Under the pieces are notes generated by a model that ran no database searches, was not told where the DNA came from, and saw only the letters and a program-made list of their open reading frames with translations. From positions 1 through 43,171 of IMG/VR virus record IMGVR_UViG_2939121850_000002: a stretch of 43,171 nt of DNA, one strand, 5' to 3'. Below are positions 19,439 to 30,600 of this stretch, piece by piece. This DNA comes from a virus. Its lineage: Duplodnaviria > Heunggongvirae > Uroviricota > Caudoviricetes. Position numbers and translations under genes: made by a program. Each line of letters begins with the position of its first letter. The first letter of the stretch is position 1.

Positions 19439-19612
19439 TAGCGATAATTTTACTCATCATCCTTCACATCTGGCTCTGTAGACAGGGTGGTGATCACTTC
19501 TGGAGTAAATCCAGATTAAACATCTCATTGCTGATGCTTGATATTGAGCATCTGGCGCGCGGTAAGGGGCTGCGTTGAGATAAGAGCCAGTCATCACAAA
19601 CACCAGGATTTA

Positions 19613-19635
19613 GCCCCGCATTCGCGGGGCTTTTT
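19613..19635 (+). terminator. Rho-independent terminator downstream of the lysis cassette
   Basis: GCCCCGC-attc-GCGGGGC hairpin followed by TTTTT. Confidence 0.7.
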
Positions 19636-19779
19636 ATATCTGAATTTCACAGCGCATCTCACGCGCATATTAACGAGAGCCTTTCAGTAAGCGAGCCTGA
19701 GAAATGCCGTTATAGGTGGCGACCTCTCTCGGGCGGCTTTTCTGTGAGACAGGCTCACTTTCTAAAAGGTAAAGACGCT

Positions 19780-20304
19780 ATGAATAATCATTCAGTTATT
19801 CCAGCCTTCGACTTCCGAGAAATGGTGCAAGCCAAAAACGGAGAGGTCGTTACCACATCCAGAAAAATTGCCAAGTACTTCGGCAAGCGACACGGTGATG
19901 TTCTCAGGAAAATCGAGCAGGTTAAGGCTGATTGCTCACGTGAGTTTAGCCAACGCAATTTTGCGTCGGCTGATTATATCGATGAGCAGGGCAAGGTTCG
20001 CCCGATGTACAGCCTGACGAAAGATGGCTGGATCATGGTTGTGATGGGGTTCACCGGGAAAGCTGCTGCGGCAATCAAGGAGAGCTATATCGCAGCATTC
20101 AACTGGATGGCAGAGCAACTGAGCCGCCGCATGGCAATTGGCGAAGAAATGCAGCACCGCTACGCCATCAAAGAAACACGCTCAAAGCTGAAAGGTACGA
20201 TCGGCAGTCGGTTAATGAACGAACGGAAGAAAGAGAAGCGCGTCCTGGCTGTCGAGCATGAATACATCTTGCAGGTGACACAGCCTGAACTGCTGATTAA
20301 TTGA
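19780..20304 (+). CDS. rha: Rha-family phage regulatory protein
   Basis: N-terminal VVTTSRKIAKYFGKRHGDVLRKIE matches the Rha family signature; lies between lysis and packaging genes. Confidence 0.6.
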   Translation: MNNHSVIPAFDFREMVQAKNGEVVTTSRKIAKYFGKRHGDVLRKIEQVKADCSREFSQRNFASADYIDEQGKVRPMYSLTKDGWIMVVMGFTGKAAAAIKESYIAAFNWMAEQLSRRMAIGEEMQHRYAIKETRSKLKGTIGSRLMNERKKEKRVLAVEHEYILQVTQPELLIN

Positions 20305-20604
20305 AGATGTCATTACAAAGCCTATCTACGGGTGGGCTTGATAATGAAACCGGAGTTAATTTCTGGTCACTAATTAACGGCAGTACAGCGAAACAACCCA
20401 AGCCAGTAAGTGGGGAAATAACACTGGCAGCCACTGAAAGATGAACCTCCTGCCTTATGGCAAAAAAGATTCTTTGTGGTGGCGGACTGATGGAAAGACA
20501 TCGGTTATTGCAGGGGCCATTCAATGAGTGGTCTCGACAATGGCTTATACCCTACACGGGATAACTTAACTGATATCCCTTTTAACGGATAAACGGAGCC
20601 AACA

Positions 20605-20847
20605 ATGGCAGAGATTATTCCCATGACTGAAGAACAGAAATTCCAGTTAGAGATTTACAAACTGGTCATGAACCAGAACGCAGCCGCAGAAGAAGCATTT
20701 CAGTTCATTGGCACTGACGAGCTGAAGCTTGAGCTATTCAAAATTCACTTCCAGTCAGGCGGCGCTAATTCATATATCACGACCCGCACTATCGAAGCGG
20801 TGCGTAAATCGAAGGAAGCGTTAGACCTGTTCACCACCGGAGCATGA
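20605..20847 (+). CDS. Hypothetical protein upstream of the small terminase (80 aa)
   Basis: GGAG RBS; no family recognised. Confidence 0.4.
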   Translation: MAEIIPMTEEQKFQLEIYKLVMNQNAAAEEAFQFIGTDELKLELFKIHFQSGGANSYITTRTIEAVRKSKEALDLFTTGA

Positions 20848-20882
20848 TGCTCAACCTGAAATAACGATAAAGTGAGATGAAT

Positions 20883-21371
20883 ATGGCAGCACCAAAGGGC
20901 AACCGATTCTGGGAGGCCCGCAGTAGTCATGGGCGAAACCCTAAATTCGAATCGCCTGAGGCGCTGTGGGCTGCTTGTTGTGAATACTTCGAGTGGGTAG
21001 AAGCTAACCCGCTATGGGAGATGAAGGCGTTCTCGTATCAGGGTGAAGTGATACAAGAGCCTATCGCCAAGATGCGAGCGATGACCATTACCGGCCTCAC
21101 TCTGTTCATTGATGTGACGCTTGAAACATGGCGCACATATCGCCTGCGAGAAGATTTATCTGAAGTCGTTACGCGAGCAGAGCAGGTCATCTACGACCAG
21201 AAATTCTCTGGCGCAGCCGCTGACCTTCTCAACGCTAACATCATCGCCCGTGATTTGGGCCTCAAAGAGCAGTCGCAAGTTGAAGACGTGACACCTGATA
21301 AGGGAGATCGCGATAAGCGGCGCTCTCGTATCAAGGAGCTATTCAACCGTGGAACTGGACGCGATTCTTGA
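20883..21371 (+). CDS. Terminase small subunit (P22 gp3-type)
   Basis: [46 protein letters not shown]...; 162 aa from this start, as for P22 gp3. Confidence 0.8.
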   Translation: MAAPKGNRFWEARSSHGRNPKFESPEALWAACCEYFEWVEANPLWEMKAFSYQGEVIQEPIAKMRAMTITGLTLFIDVTLETWRTYRLREDLSEVVTRAEQVIYDQKFSGAAADLLNANIIARDLGLKEQSQVEDVTPDKGDRDKRRSRIKELFNRGTGRDS

Positions 21372-22845
21372 TAACCTGAGCGACGAAGAGCAAATCGAAT
21401 TGCTCGAGCTACTCGAAGAAGAAGAGAACTACCGGAACACACACCTGCTATATGAATTTACGCCATACAGCAAACAGCGTGAGTTCATCGACGCCGGGCA
21501 TGACTATCCAGAGCGATGTTTTATGGCTGGTAACCAGCTTGGTAAGTCATTTACTGGTGCTGCTGAAGTCGCGTTTCACCTTACCGGGCGTTATCCGGGA
21601 ACAAAAGGCTATCCTGCTGATGGTAAATATGGTGGGGAGTGGAAAGGTAAGCGTTTCTATGAGCCTGTTGTCTTCTGGATTGGCGGCGAGACAAACGAGA
21701 CTGTAACCAAAACGACTCAACGCATCCTGTGCGGTCGTATCGAAGAGAATGATGAGCCTGGCTACGGTTCCATACCGAAAGAGGACATTATTAGCTGGAA
21801 GAAGTCTCCTTTCTTTCCGAACCTTGTTGATCACCTTCTGGTTAAGCATCACACGGCTGATGGCGTTGAAGATGGCATTTCAATCTGCTACTTCAAGCCA
21901 TACTCGCAAGGCCGCGCTCGCTGGCAGGGTGACACAATCCACGGCGTGTGGTTTGACGAAGAGCCACCATACAGCATTTATGGCGAAGGGCTTACCCGTA
22001 CCAACAAATACGGTCAATTCTCAATTCTGACGTTTACCCCGCTGATGGGGATGTCTGACGTTGTTACCAAGTTCCTGAAGAATCCAAGCAAGTCGCAGAA
22101 AGTGGTCAACATGACCATCTACGACGCTGAGCACTACACAGACGAACAGAAAGAGCAAATCATCGCATCTTATCCTGAGCATGAGAGAGAGGCGCGTGCT
22201 CGCGGTATTCCTACGATGGGTAGTGGTCGAATCTTCCAGATACCGGAAGAGACGATTAAGTGTCAGCCGTTCGAGTGTCCTGATCACTTCTACGTCATCA
22301 ATGCAATGGACTTCGGATGGGATCACCCACAGGCACACATCCAGCTTTGGTGGGATAAAGACGAGGACGTGATTTATCTTTCTCGCGTCTGGAAGGCCAA
22401 ACAGAAGAAGGCGACAGAGGCATGGAGTGCTGTTAAAGCATGGAGCAAAAACACCCCTACGGCTTGGCCTCATGACGGGCATCAGCACGAAAAGGGAGGC
22501 GGCGCTCAGCTCAAGGAACAATACGCCGACGCTGGGTTCGACATGTTGCCAGATCATGCAACATGGCCTGATGGAGGTAATGCGGTCGAACCCGGGATAG
22601 CAGAGATACGCGACATGATGCTCGACGGTCGTTTCAAGGTATTTAACACCTGCGAGCCATTCTTTGAAGAGTTTCGCCTGTATCACCGCGATGAGAACGG
22701 GAAGATCGTCAAGCTAAATGACGACATCCTTTCTGCTGTTCGCTATGGCTACATGATGAGGCGTTTTGCAATACAGATGCGAGACATCAAAGATCCTAAA
22801 GAGATTGATTACTCAAGCTACAACATACCTTGCGGAGTTGGATGA
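21349..22845 (+). CDS. Terminase large subunit (P22 gp2-type)
   Basis: 498 aa with ATPase and nuclease regions; collinear with P22 gp2. Confidence 0.9.
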   Translation: MELDAILDNLSDEEQIELLELLEEEENYRNTHLLYEFTPYSKQREFIDAGHDYPERCFMAGNQLGKSFTGAAEVAFHLTGRYPGTKGYPADGKYGGEWKGKRFYEPVVFWIGGETNETVTKTTQRILCGRIEENDEPGYGSIPKEDIISWKKSPFFPNLVDHLLVKHHTADGVEDGISICYFKPYSQGRARWQGDTIHGVWFDEEPPYSIYGEGLTRTNKYGQFSILTFTPLMGMSDVVTKFLKNPSKSQKVVNMTIYDAEHYTDEQKEQIIASYPEHEREARARGIPTMGSGRIFQIPEETIKCQPFECPDHFYVINAMDFGWDHPQAHIQLWWDKDEDVIYLSRVWKAKQKKATEAWSAVKAWSKNTPTAWPHDGHQHEKGGGAQLKEQYADAGFDMLPDHATWPDGGNAVEPGIAEIRDMMLDGRFKVFNTCEPFFEEFRLYHRDENGKIVKLNDDILSAVRYGYMMRRFAIQMRDIKDPKEIDYSSYNIPCGVG

Positions 22846-25046
22846 TGGCTGATGATAGAAAGATGACTGACTGGCATCGCAAGGTGCTGTGCAACTTTGA
22901 TAATGCCTGGTCAGCAACGCAGGATATGCGTGAGCAGATTATTGAGGCTCAACGTTTCGTCCGGGTATCCGGCGCACAGTGGGAAGGCAGCACAAACGCT
23001 GGTTACTCGTTTGATGAGGGCAGGTTTGAGCATTATCCGCGCTTTGAACTGAATAAGATTGCCCGTGAATGTGATCGCATCATTGGCGAGTATCGACAGA
23101 ATCGCATAAGCGTTAAATTCAGGCCGAAGGACGATAAGGCATCGGAAGCGTTAGCCGAAAAGATGAACGGCAAATTCCGCGCTGACTATCAGGAAACATC
23201 CGGTGGCGAAGCGTGTGATAACGCATTTGATGATGCCGTAACGGGTGGATTCGGTTGTTTCCGCATGTGTGCCGATTACGAAGATGAAATGGATCCGAGT
23301 AACGAGCAGCGACGCATCAGTCTTCTTCCTGTTTACGACCCGGCGACATGCGTCTTCTTCGATCAGGACAGCAAGCAATATGACCGCTCTGATGCTATGT
23401 GGGCTATGGAAATGTTCTCCATGACGCCTAAAGCGTTCGAGGCTGAATACCCTGATTCCATCGCGGCAAGTCTTCCTCGTGATGACACTGGTACTCAATA
23501 TGACTGGTCAACACCTGATGCCATCTATGTTGGACGCTACTACGAAGTTCGCATAGAGAAGGTGAAGCTCACGGCGTGGCGCAATCCTGTCAGCGGAGAA
23601 ACGGCAATCTATGATGAAGAGCAAATCAAAGATATTGTTGACGAGCTGACCGATGGCGCATTCGAACTGATTGGTGAGCGGACAGTGAAGAAACGCAGAG
23701 TTTATTGCGGTCTTCTGTCTGGCGCTGAATGGCTGGAAGAACCGAAGCGTATTCCGGGCGAACATATTCCTCTCATCCCGGTATATGGGCGTCGTTCATT
23801 TGTTGATAATCAGGAGCGAATCGAAGGCCACGCAGCAAAAGCGATGGATGCACAGCGTCTTGAGAACCTGATGGTTTCCATGATTGCAGATAACGCTACT
23901 CAGGCTGGCGGCGATGGCATTCCTATCGTGGATGTTGATTTCATTCCCGGTCCATTAATGAATCACTGGGCAGAGAGGAATAAGAAAAGACCTGCAGTTC
24001 TTCCCATGACCAGCAAGAAGGACAAAAACGGAACGGTCATTTCAGAGGCTCAGGTTGCTGGCTGGACACCTCCGACACAAATGCCTCCTGCTCTTGCCGG
24101 GCTATTGCAGTACACCGGAACGGCTATTCAGCAAATTACAGGTGCGTCGCAGCTTGAGAACATGCCGAGCAACGTCGCTACCGATACCGTTGATAGCATC
24201 TTTAACCGGATGGACACGCAGTCCTATATCTACATGGACAACATGGCTAAATCCATGCGCCGTGCTGGCGTCGTGTGGCTTTCTATGGCTCGTGAAGTCT
24301 ATGGCAGCGATACGCCAATGCGCATCGTTAATGAGGATGGCAGCGATGACGTGGCGCTGATGACTGGTGAAGTGGTTGACCGTCAGACAGGGAAGGTTAT
24401 CGCGCTTAACGACCTTTCGCAGGGTAACTATGAAGTGACTGTCGATGTCGGTCAGTCGTTCGCTACTCGCCGTGATGCAACGGTTAAGTCGTTACTTTCC
24501 ATGCTGGCACTTATCCCACCAGGAACGCCGAAGCACGACCTTGTATCGTCGATGATTCTCGACAATATGGACGGCGAAGGGATGGACGACCTTAAAGAAT
24601 ACAACCGCAATCAGTTGCTTCTGTCTGGCGTTATCAAGCCGAGAACGCCTGAAGAACAGCAGATGGTTGAACAGGCGAAACAACAACAGGCCAGTCAGCC
24701 AGATCCGGCTATGGTTGCAGCGCAAGGTCAGCTTCTTGCTGGTCAGGCTGAATTGCAGAAAGCGCAGAACGAGCAGGCAGCCATTCAGGTTAAAGCATTC
24801 CAGGCACAGACGGATGCTCAGGTTGCAGCGGCAAATGTTGTGAAAATCCTCGCATCTGCCGATAGCCAGCAGAAATCTGATATCCGCGAGGCTCTGAAAC
24901 TGCTCGGACAGTTCCAGCAACAGCAAGGAGATAATGCCCGTGCTGATGCAGAGCTTGTCCTGAAAAGTCAGGCTCAGGGCCATGCGCAGCGCATGGACAT
25001 CAGCAGCATCCTGCAAAAATCAACTCAGCAACAACCACAGCAGTAA
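22845..25046 (+). CDS. Portal protein (P22 gp1-type)
   Basis: ~733 aa with a Gln-rich C-terminal barrel region; directly follows the terminase. Confidence 0.9.
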   Translation: MADDRKMTDWHRKVLCNFDNAWSATQDMREQIIEAQRFVRVSGAQWEGSTNAGYSFDEGRFEHYPRFELNKIARECDRIIGEYRQNRISVKFRPKDDKASEALAEKMNGKFRADYQETSGGEACDNAFDDAVTGGFGCFRMCADYEDEMDPSNEQRRISLLPVYDPATCVFFDQDSKQYDRSDAMWAMEMFSMTPKAFEAEYPDSIAASLPRDDTGTQYDWSTPDAIYVGRYYEVRIEKVKLTAWRNPVSGETAIYDEEQIKDIVDELTDGAFELIGERTVKKRRVYCGLLSGAEWLEEPKRIPGEHIPLIPVYGRRSFVDNQERIEGHAAKAMDAQRLENLMVSMIADNATQAGGDGIPIVDVDFIPGPLMNHWAERNKKRPAVLPMTSKKDKNGTVISEAQVAGWTPPTQMPPALAGLLQYTGTAIQQITGASQLENMPSNVATDTVDSIFNRMDTQSYIYMDNMAKSMRRAGVVWLSMAREVYGSDTPMRIVNEDGSDDVALMTGEVVDRQTGKVIALNDLSQGNYEVTVDVGQSFATRRDATVKSLLSMLALIPPGTPKHDLVSSMILDNMDGEGMDDLKEYNRNQLLLSGVIKPRTPEEQQMVEQAKQQQASQPDPAMVAAQGQLLAGQAELQKAQNEQAAIQVKAFQAQTDAQVAAANVVKILASADSQQKSDIREALKLLGQFQQQQGDNARADAELVLKSQAQGHAQRMDISSILQKSTQQQPQQ

Positions 25047-25136
25047 TTAACCCATAACGTGCAATGGCTGTCTTTATGAGGCCTGGCACCCTATTGCCTT
25101 CCGATGGGCTGAACATCGAGTAAACAGGGGTAACAA

Positions 25137-26030
25137 ATGGACCAGATGGCAGAAAACACACCAGAAGTTGAAATCGAAACCGACGCGTCAGAGCAGATTC
25201 CTGATGATGTCGAACTGGCTGAAGAAGTCGAAACAGAAGATGGCAGTGAGTCCTCCGGCAATGATGCAGAGGAAGCTACTGAAACTGATGACGACGAATC
25301 AGAACAGGAATTCTACTTTGGTGACGAAAAGCTGGATTCGCCAACCAGCGAAGATAGCGCAGAGCATGGACTGGTAAAACACCTGCGCAAGACGATTAAA
25401 GAGAAAGACCGCGAGCTGAAAGAGCTGATGCGTCAGTCTCAGAAACCCGTCGAGCAGCAGCCGGTAATCACTCAACCACCGCGAATGCCAAAACTGGATG
25501 ATGAGGACATCGGTTTCGATGAAGAAATCTACCAGCAACGCATGGCTAAGTGGGCAGAGGATAACGGCAAGTACCAGCAACAGGAGATGGCTCGCAAGCA
25601 GAAGGAGCAGGAGCTTCAGGCTGCCTATCAAGAGCGATTATCCAAATATCAGCAACGTGTTAAGGCTCTCAAAGTTCCTGGCTATCAGGAAGCTGAGCAG
25701 GCCGTACTCGAGGAAATCCCCACCGAGACACAAAACGCGATCTTGTTTGAGTCAGAGAAGCCGGAAATCGTTGTTCTGGCACTCGGTCGCAACGCTGAAC
25801 TGCGCAAGCAACTGGCAGAAGCTACCAACCCCGTAGCAATTGGTCGTCTGCTGGAACGTATCGAATCGAAGGCCAGAATCATGCCAAAAGCAAAAACCAC
25901 GGCAGCCACAACCCCGACAGTTAAGGGGAGCAACGGCGCAGTAATCAACAACCTCGACAAACTGAAAGCCAAGGTGCTGGAAACTGGTGACTGGACGCCG
26001 TATTTCGCCGCCAAAAAGGCAAAAAAATAA
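25137..26030 (+). CDS. Scaffolding protein (P22 gp8-type)
   Basis: Highly acidic, coiled-coil, ~300 aa; between portal and coat. Confidence 0.75.
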   Translation: MDQMAENTPEVEIETDASEQIPDDVELAEEVETEDGSESSGNDAEEATETDDDESEQEFYFGDEKLDSPTSEDSAEHGLVKHLRKTIKEKDRELKELMRQSQKPVEQQPVITQPPRMPKLDDEDIGFDEEIYQQRMAKWAEDNGKYQQQEMARKQKEQELQAAYQERLSKYQQRVKALKVPGYQEAEQAVLEEIPTETQNAILFESEKPEIVVLALGRNAELRKQLAEATNPVAIGRLLERIESKARIMPKAKTTAATTPTVKGSNGAVINNLDKLKAKVLETGDWTPYFAAKKAKK

Positions 26031-26048
26031 CCTATCGGAGCATTAAGC

Positions 26049-27302
26049 ATGGCTAACCAATTAGCAAAAGACCTTGAAATCATGTTCGAAAACTACGTTG
26101 AAGGCTTTGAGGCCGCCTGCGTAGTTTCCCGTAACGCTAAAAAATTCCGTCCCGGTGATACAGCAATGCAGCGAGCAGGTGATGTTCTGTATCGTCCGCA
26201 GCATTACCACATGAACATTGAGGAAGGCCTCGACCTCAGCGGAAAAACGCCTACAGCACTGGTTCAGCGCCTTGTTCCTTCTGTGTTCAAGGAGCCGAAA
26301 AACATTCTGTACACTCTGGATGCGCGTGAAATGCGTGACCCGGAACATAAAACTGAAGCTGGTCGCGCCGCAGGTATGCGCCTTGCTGCACAGATTGACT
26401 CTGACCTGATTTCCATGGTTACGCAGCGTGCTACTAACGTGATCACAATGTCTGACTCAACCACAGGTACGCAGGGCCGTGATTTGTGGAACTGTGCGGC
26501 AGGTATTGATGCCACCATGACGGCGATTGGTGTACCGCAGGGTATCAACCGTCGCTCTTTCTGGAACCCCTTCAACTACAAAGACCTTGCTGGCGAGCTT
26601 GGTCACCGTGCCTACGCTCAGGGCGCAACCCTGACAGCATACGAAAAAGCGCAGATCCCTCCGGTTGCTTCCTTTGATAGCTACAAGACCGATATTTCTG
26701 GTCGTGTTCCGAAGGGTACAGCAACTTCCATTACGCTGGCAGCAGCACCTGCGCACAAGGTTGAAGCGAAAGATGATAACGATATGCCAGTGGATAACCG
26801 ACAGGGGACTATTACGGTATCTGCATCTGGGTTGCAGGTTGGTGATGCGTTTACCATCGCAGGGGTGAATTCCGTACACCAGATCACCAAAGATACCACC
26901 GGGCAGCCGCAAGTATTCCGCGTTCTGGCAGTTAGCGGAACGACAGTAACTATCTCCCCGAAAATTCTGCCGCCTGACAACGCGGATGTCGCCAGCCGTC
27001 CATATGCAAACGTTGATGCTAATGCGGCAAGTAGCGCAGCAATCACCATTCTCAACAAAAATGCCGCACCGGCTAACCTGTTCTGGGCTGATGGTTCTGT
27101 TGAACTGATGTACGGCAAACTGGCGTTCCCGACTGGTCAGGGTCCACAGGTAATGACAGCAACCACCGAGCAGGGCGCTACGCTGATCATGTCTTACGCC
27201 TTCGACCACATCAAAGGTGTAACCACTGCGCGTTTCACCACCCTGTACGGTTGCTCTGTACTTGTTCCTGAATATACGGGCATCGTTATTGCCGGGCAGT
27301 AA
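26049..27302 (+). CDS. Major coat protein (P22 gp5-type)
   Basis: 417 aa; position and C-terminal similarity to the P22 coat. Confidence 0.85.
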   Translation: MANQLAKDLEIMFENYVEGFEAACVVSRNAKKFRPGDTAMQRAGDVLYRPQHYHMNIEEGLDLSGKTPTALVQRLVPSVFKEPKNILYTLDAREMRDPEHKTEAGRAAGMRLAAQIDSDLISMVTQRATNVITMSDSTTGTQGRDLWNCAAGIDATMTAIGVPQGINRRSFWNPFNYKDLAGELGHRAYAQGATLTAYEKAQIPPVASFDSYKTDISGRVPKGTATSITLAAAPAHKVEAKDDNDMPVDNRQGTITVSASGLQVGDAFTIAGVNSVHQITKDTTGQPQVFRVLAVSGTTVTISPKILPPDNADVASRPYANVDANAASSAAITILNKNAAPANLFWADGSVELMYGKLAFPTGQGPQVMTATTEQGATLIMSYAFDHIKGVTTARFTTLYGCSVLVPEYTGIVIAGQ

Positions 27303-27309
27303 TTTTGGT

Positions 27310-27329
27310 GGGGCTTCGGCCCCATTTTT
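27310..27329 (+). terminator. Hairpin plus T-run immediately after the coat gene (attenuator)
   Basis: GGGGC-ttcg-GCCCC followed by aTTTTTaTTT. Confidence 0.55.
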
Positions 27330-27343
27330 ATTTGGAGAAGACA

Positions 27344-27532
27344 ATGGCACGAACAATGCTCTATAAGCCTGGCAACATGATCACATGTGGTCAGTTTGCT
27401 GTCGATTACATCATTGTTGATGACGAAGAAGTTAAATCTCACCTGAAAAAAGGCTGGGTAAAAACTCCTGAAGAAACCGCAACGAAGCATAAAGTGGCTA
27501 AGGCGGAAGAAGATGGCGAAAACGAAGGGTGA
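27344..27532 (+). CDS. Small hypothetical protein between coat and gp4 (62 aa)
   Basis: GGAG RBS; ATG at 27344. Confidence 0.4.
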   Translation: MARTMLYKPGNMITCGQFAVDYIIVDDEEVKSHLKKGWVKTPEETATKHKVAKAEEDGENEG

Positions 27533-27974
27533 TCTCGTTCTTAAGGCTTTACGAAAAGCCGGGCTGTATTCCAATGCCACGTTGACAGATGCCGACCCTC
27601 AGGCAATAGAAGATGCCATTAATGACCTAGAAGACATGATGGCAGCATGGCAGGCGAAAGGTATCGAGCTTGGATATCAGTTTGCTGATACAGAAAACGG
27701 CATCATGCCGTTACCTGACGATGATTCAGGTATCCCTGCATGGGCAAATGATGGCGTCGCTTTGAAACTCGCTGTGCAAGTGTGCATGGATAACGTCATT
27801 CAGCCGTCAGATGCTCTCCTTACCGCTGCTGACAGCGCATATCAGACAATCTGCATCGCTTTAACCAAAATACCACCACTTGAGCGGCGAAATGACATGC
27901 CTCGCGGTAGTGGTAACAAAAGCGCGTTTACGTGGAATCGGTTTTACATCGAGAAAGATGATCCGAGTACGTGA
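27513..27974 (+). CDS. Head-completion / tail-adaptor protein (P22 gp4-type)
   Basis: MAKTKGDLVLKALRKAGLYSNATLTDADPQ... collinear with P22 gp4. Confidence 0.75.
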   Translation: MAKTKGDLVLKALRKAGLYSNATLTDADPQAIEDAINDLEDMMAAWQAKGIELGYQFADTENGIMPLPDDDSGIPAWANDGVALKLAVQVCMDNVIQPSDALLTAADSAYQTICIALTKIPPLERRNDMPRGSGNKSAFTWNRFYIEKDDPST

Positions 27975-27983
27975 GGTGAATAA

Positions 27984-29402
27984 ATGCCGATTCAGCAACT
28001 TCCGCTTATGAAAGGTGTCGGCAAAGACTTTCGAAACGCCGACTATATCGACTATCTGCCAGTGAATATGCTGGCTACACCCAAAGAAATCCTCAACAGC
28101 AGCGGATATCTTCGCTCATTCCCGGGCATTGCCAAACGTTCTGATGTGAACGGTGTATCTCGAGGCGTCGAGTACAACATGGCGCAGAATGCTGTCTATC
28201 GTGTGTGTGGCGGCAAGCTCTACAAAGGCGAAAGCGAGGTCGGTGACGTCGCCGGAAGTGGTCGCGTATCAATGGCGCATGGTCGGACATCACAGGCGGT
28301 AGGCGTTAACGGGAAACTGGTCGAGTATCGCTATGATGGCACGGTTAAAACCGTCTCAAACTGGCCTACAGACAGCGGATTCACGCAGTATGAGTTAGGC
28401 TTAGTCCGCGACATTACGCGCTTACGTGGGCGTTATGCGTGGTCAAAAGACGGCACTGATTCATGGTTTATCACTGACCTTGAAGACGAATCACATCCTG
28501 ACCGATACAGCGCACAATATCGGGCAGAATCACAGCCTGACGGCATCATCGGCATAGGTACATGGCGAGACTTCATAGTCTGCTTTGGTTCGTCGACGAT
28601 TGAATATTTCTCCCTGACTGGTGCAACCACTGTTGGTGCTGCTTTGTATGTCGCACAGCCATCGCTGATGGTGCAAAAAGGCATCGCCGGGACTTACTGC
28701 AAAACGCCGTTTGCTGATTCCTATGCTTTCATCAGCAACCCGGCAACTGGTGCGCCGTCTGTGTACATCATCGGCTCCGGTCAGGTATCACCAATCGCCA
28801 GCGCGAGCATTGAGAAAATACTACGCTCCTACACTGCTGATGAACTGGCTGATGGTGTGATGGAATCGCTGCGGTTTGATGCTCATGAGTTGCTGATTAT
28901 CCACCTTCCTCGCCATGTTCTCGTGTACGACGCATCTTCAAGCGCCAATGGTCCGCAATGGTGTGTACTGAAAACAGGCTTGTATGACGATGTGTACCGC
29001 GCTATCGACTTCATTTACGAAGGAAATCAGATAACGTGCGGCGATAAGCTGGAATCCGTGACCGGGAAACTGCAATTCGATATCAGCAGCCAGTACGACA
29101 AGCAGCAGGAACACCTGCTGTTTACTCCACTCTTCAAAGCAGATAACGCCAGATGCTTTGATCTGGAGGTGGAATCATCGACGGGTGTTGCTCAGTACGC
29201 TGACCGCCTTTTTCTCTCTGCAACCACTGACGGCATAAATTACGGTCGTGAGCAGATGATTGAGCAGAATGAACCGTTCGTTTACGACAAACGCGTTTTG
29301 TGGAAGCGAGTCGGGCGCATCAGGAAAAATGTCGGCTTCAAATTGCGCGTTATCACGAAGTCACCTGTCACTCTGTCTGGCTGCTCTATTAGGCTGGAGT
29401 AA
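27984..29402 (+). CDS. Tail-hub protein (P22 gp10-type)
   Basis: 472 aa, same length and position as P22 gp10. Confidence 0.75.
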   Translation: MPIQQLPLMKGVGKDFRNADYIDYLPVNMLATPKEILNSSGYLRSFPGIAKRSDVNGVSRGVEYNMAQNAVYRVCGGKLYKGESEVGDVAGSGRVSMAHGRTSQAVGVNGKLVEYRYDGTVKTVSNWPTDSGFTQYELGLVRDITRLRGRYAWSKDGTDSWFITDLEDESHPDRYSAQYRAESQPDGIIGIGTWRDFIVCFGSSTIEYFSLTGATTVGAALYVAQPSLMVQKGIAGTYCKTPFADSYAFISNPATGAPSVYIIGSGQVSPIASASIEKILRSYTADELADGVMESLRFDAHELLIIHLPRHVLVYDASSSANGPQWCVLKTGLYDDVYRAIDFIYEGNQITCGDKLESVTGKLQFDISSQYDKQQEHLLFTPLFKADNARCFDLEVESSTGVAQYADRLFLSATTDGINYGREQMIEQNEPFVYDKRVLWKRVGRIRKNVGFKLRVITKSPVTLSGCSIRLE

Positions 29403-29404
29403 TA

Positions 29405-29899
29405 ATGATTTCACATGAAGAGTTGAAGCGTCATTTATCATATGACCCAGAAACCGGGGTTTTTACCCGAAAAATATCAAATACAGCGAGCGTCACCGTT
29501 GGTGATGAAGCGGGAACCATGTGCACTGGTTATTTAAGGATAATGGTCTGTGGTAAGAGATACTTAGCGCATAGGCTTGCTTGGTTTTATATGACAGGAA
29601 AACCTGCAAATTGCTTAATAGATCATATTAACGGAGACAGAACGGATAACAGATTTTCAAATTTAAGATTGGCAAATAGATCCCAGAATGGGATGAACAG
29701 GAATATTCAAAGAAATAATAAGTCAGGATATCCGGGTGTCTGTTGGCACAAAAATCTCTGCAAGTGGACTGTTTCTTTCAAGAAAAATAAAAAACAGGTT
29801 CACGTTGGATGCTTCGATGACCTGGACGAAGCTATCTCAGCATCAATGATGGCAAGAGCAGAAAATTTTGGAGAGTTTGCAAGGCAGAGGATTGAGTAA
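29405..29899 (+). CDS. HNH-AP2 homing endonuclease inserted between gp10 and gp26
   Basis: HNH motif ([42 protein letters not shown]) plus AP2-like domain ([10 protein letters not shown]...WTVSF...[14 protein letters not shown]); locally AT-rich. Confidence 0.75.
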   Translation: MISHEELKRHLSYDPETGVFTRKISNTASVTVGDEAGTMCTGYLRIMVCGKRYLAHRLAWFYMTGKPANCLIDHINGDRTDNRFSNLRLANRSQNGMNRNIQRNNKSGYPGVCWHKNLCKWTVSFKKNKKQVHVGCFDDLDEAISASMMARAENFGEFARQRIE

Positions 29900-30600
29900 T
29901 GGTTGATTCATCACTGAATGATCCTGTCGTGGTTCAGGCTACGCGCCTTGATGCTTCAATTTTGCCACGCAATATATTCAGCCAGTCTTACCTGCTGTAT
30001 GTCATAAATCAGGGTGCTGATGTTGGCGCAATTGCCGGGAAGGCAAATCAGGCTGGTCAGGGCGCTTACGATGCCCAGGTAAAAAACGATGAACAGGACG
30101 TCGAACTGGCAGATCACGATGCAAGAATCACCGCAAACACAAAAGCGATAAATCTACTTGAGGTCAGGTTAACAACTGCCGAAGGGAAGATAGTCGTACT
30201 GCGTAGCGATGTTGATTACTTGCTGGATGAGGTTATCGATATTCAGGCGCATCTGGTCACTGTTGACCAAAGACTGGATGGCGTAGAAAGCGATGTATCT
30301 GACATTAAGAGTGATTACGTATCGAAAACCGTAACCGAATCGCAGTCTCTTGCGTCACCGCTGGATGTAAAAACATCATATTCAGTTGATGGAATTCAGG
30401 TTGTTGGAGCAAGAAATACCGGATGGACTGCAGCCACAGGTACGCCACTTCTTGGCTCATTCAACGCTAACCAGTCATACACTGTCGGCACTACGTACAC
30501 GCAATCCGAAGTCGCAGCTCTCGCTACAGGTTTGCAGCAGGCGCGGCAGCGTATTCTGGCGCTTGAAACAGCACTTAGATTACATGGGCTGATTGACTGA
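29899..30600 (+). CDS. Tail needle (P22 gp26-type)
   Basis: N-terminus [29 protein letters not shown] and C-terminus [13 protein letters not shown] match P22 gp26; 233 aa. Confidence 0.85.
   Translation: MVDSSLNDPVVVQATRLDASILPRNIFSQSYLLYVINQGADVGAIAGKANQAGQGAYDAQVKNDEQDVELADHDARITANTKAINLLEVRLTTAEGKIVVLRSDVDYLLDEVIDIQAHLVTVDQRLDGVESDVSDIKSDYVSKTVTESQSLASPLDVKTSYSVDGIQVVGARNTGWTAATGTPLLGSFNANQSYTVGTTYTQSEVAALATGLQQARQRILALETALRLHGLID

Noticed and set aside
22021-22686. 221-aa minus-strand ORF (and similar antisense ORFs at 24492-25016, 30396-30920, 2883-3512, 42428-42881)
   Set aside because: Shadow ORFs opposite conserved terminase, portal, gp14, early-left and yfdC genes.
26457-27356. 299-aa minus-strand ORF
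   Set aside because: Antisense to the major coat protein gene; Cys/Arg-rich and implausible.
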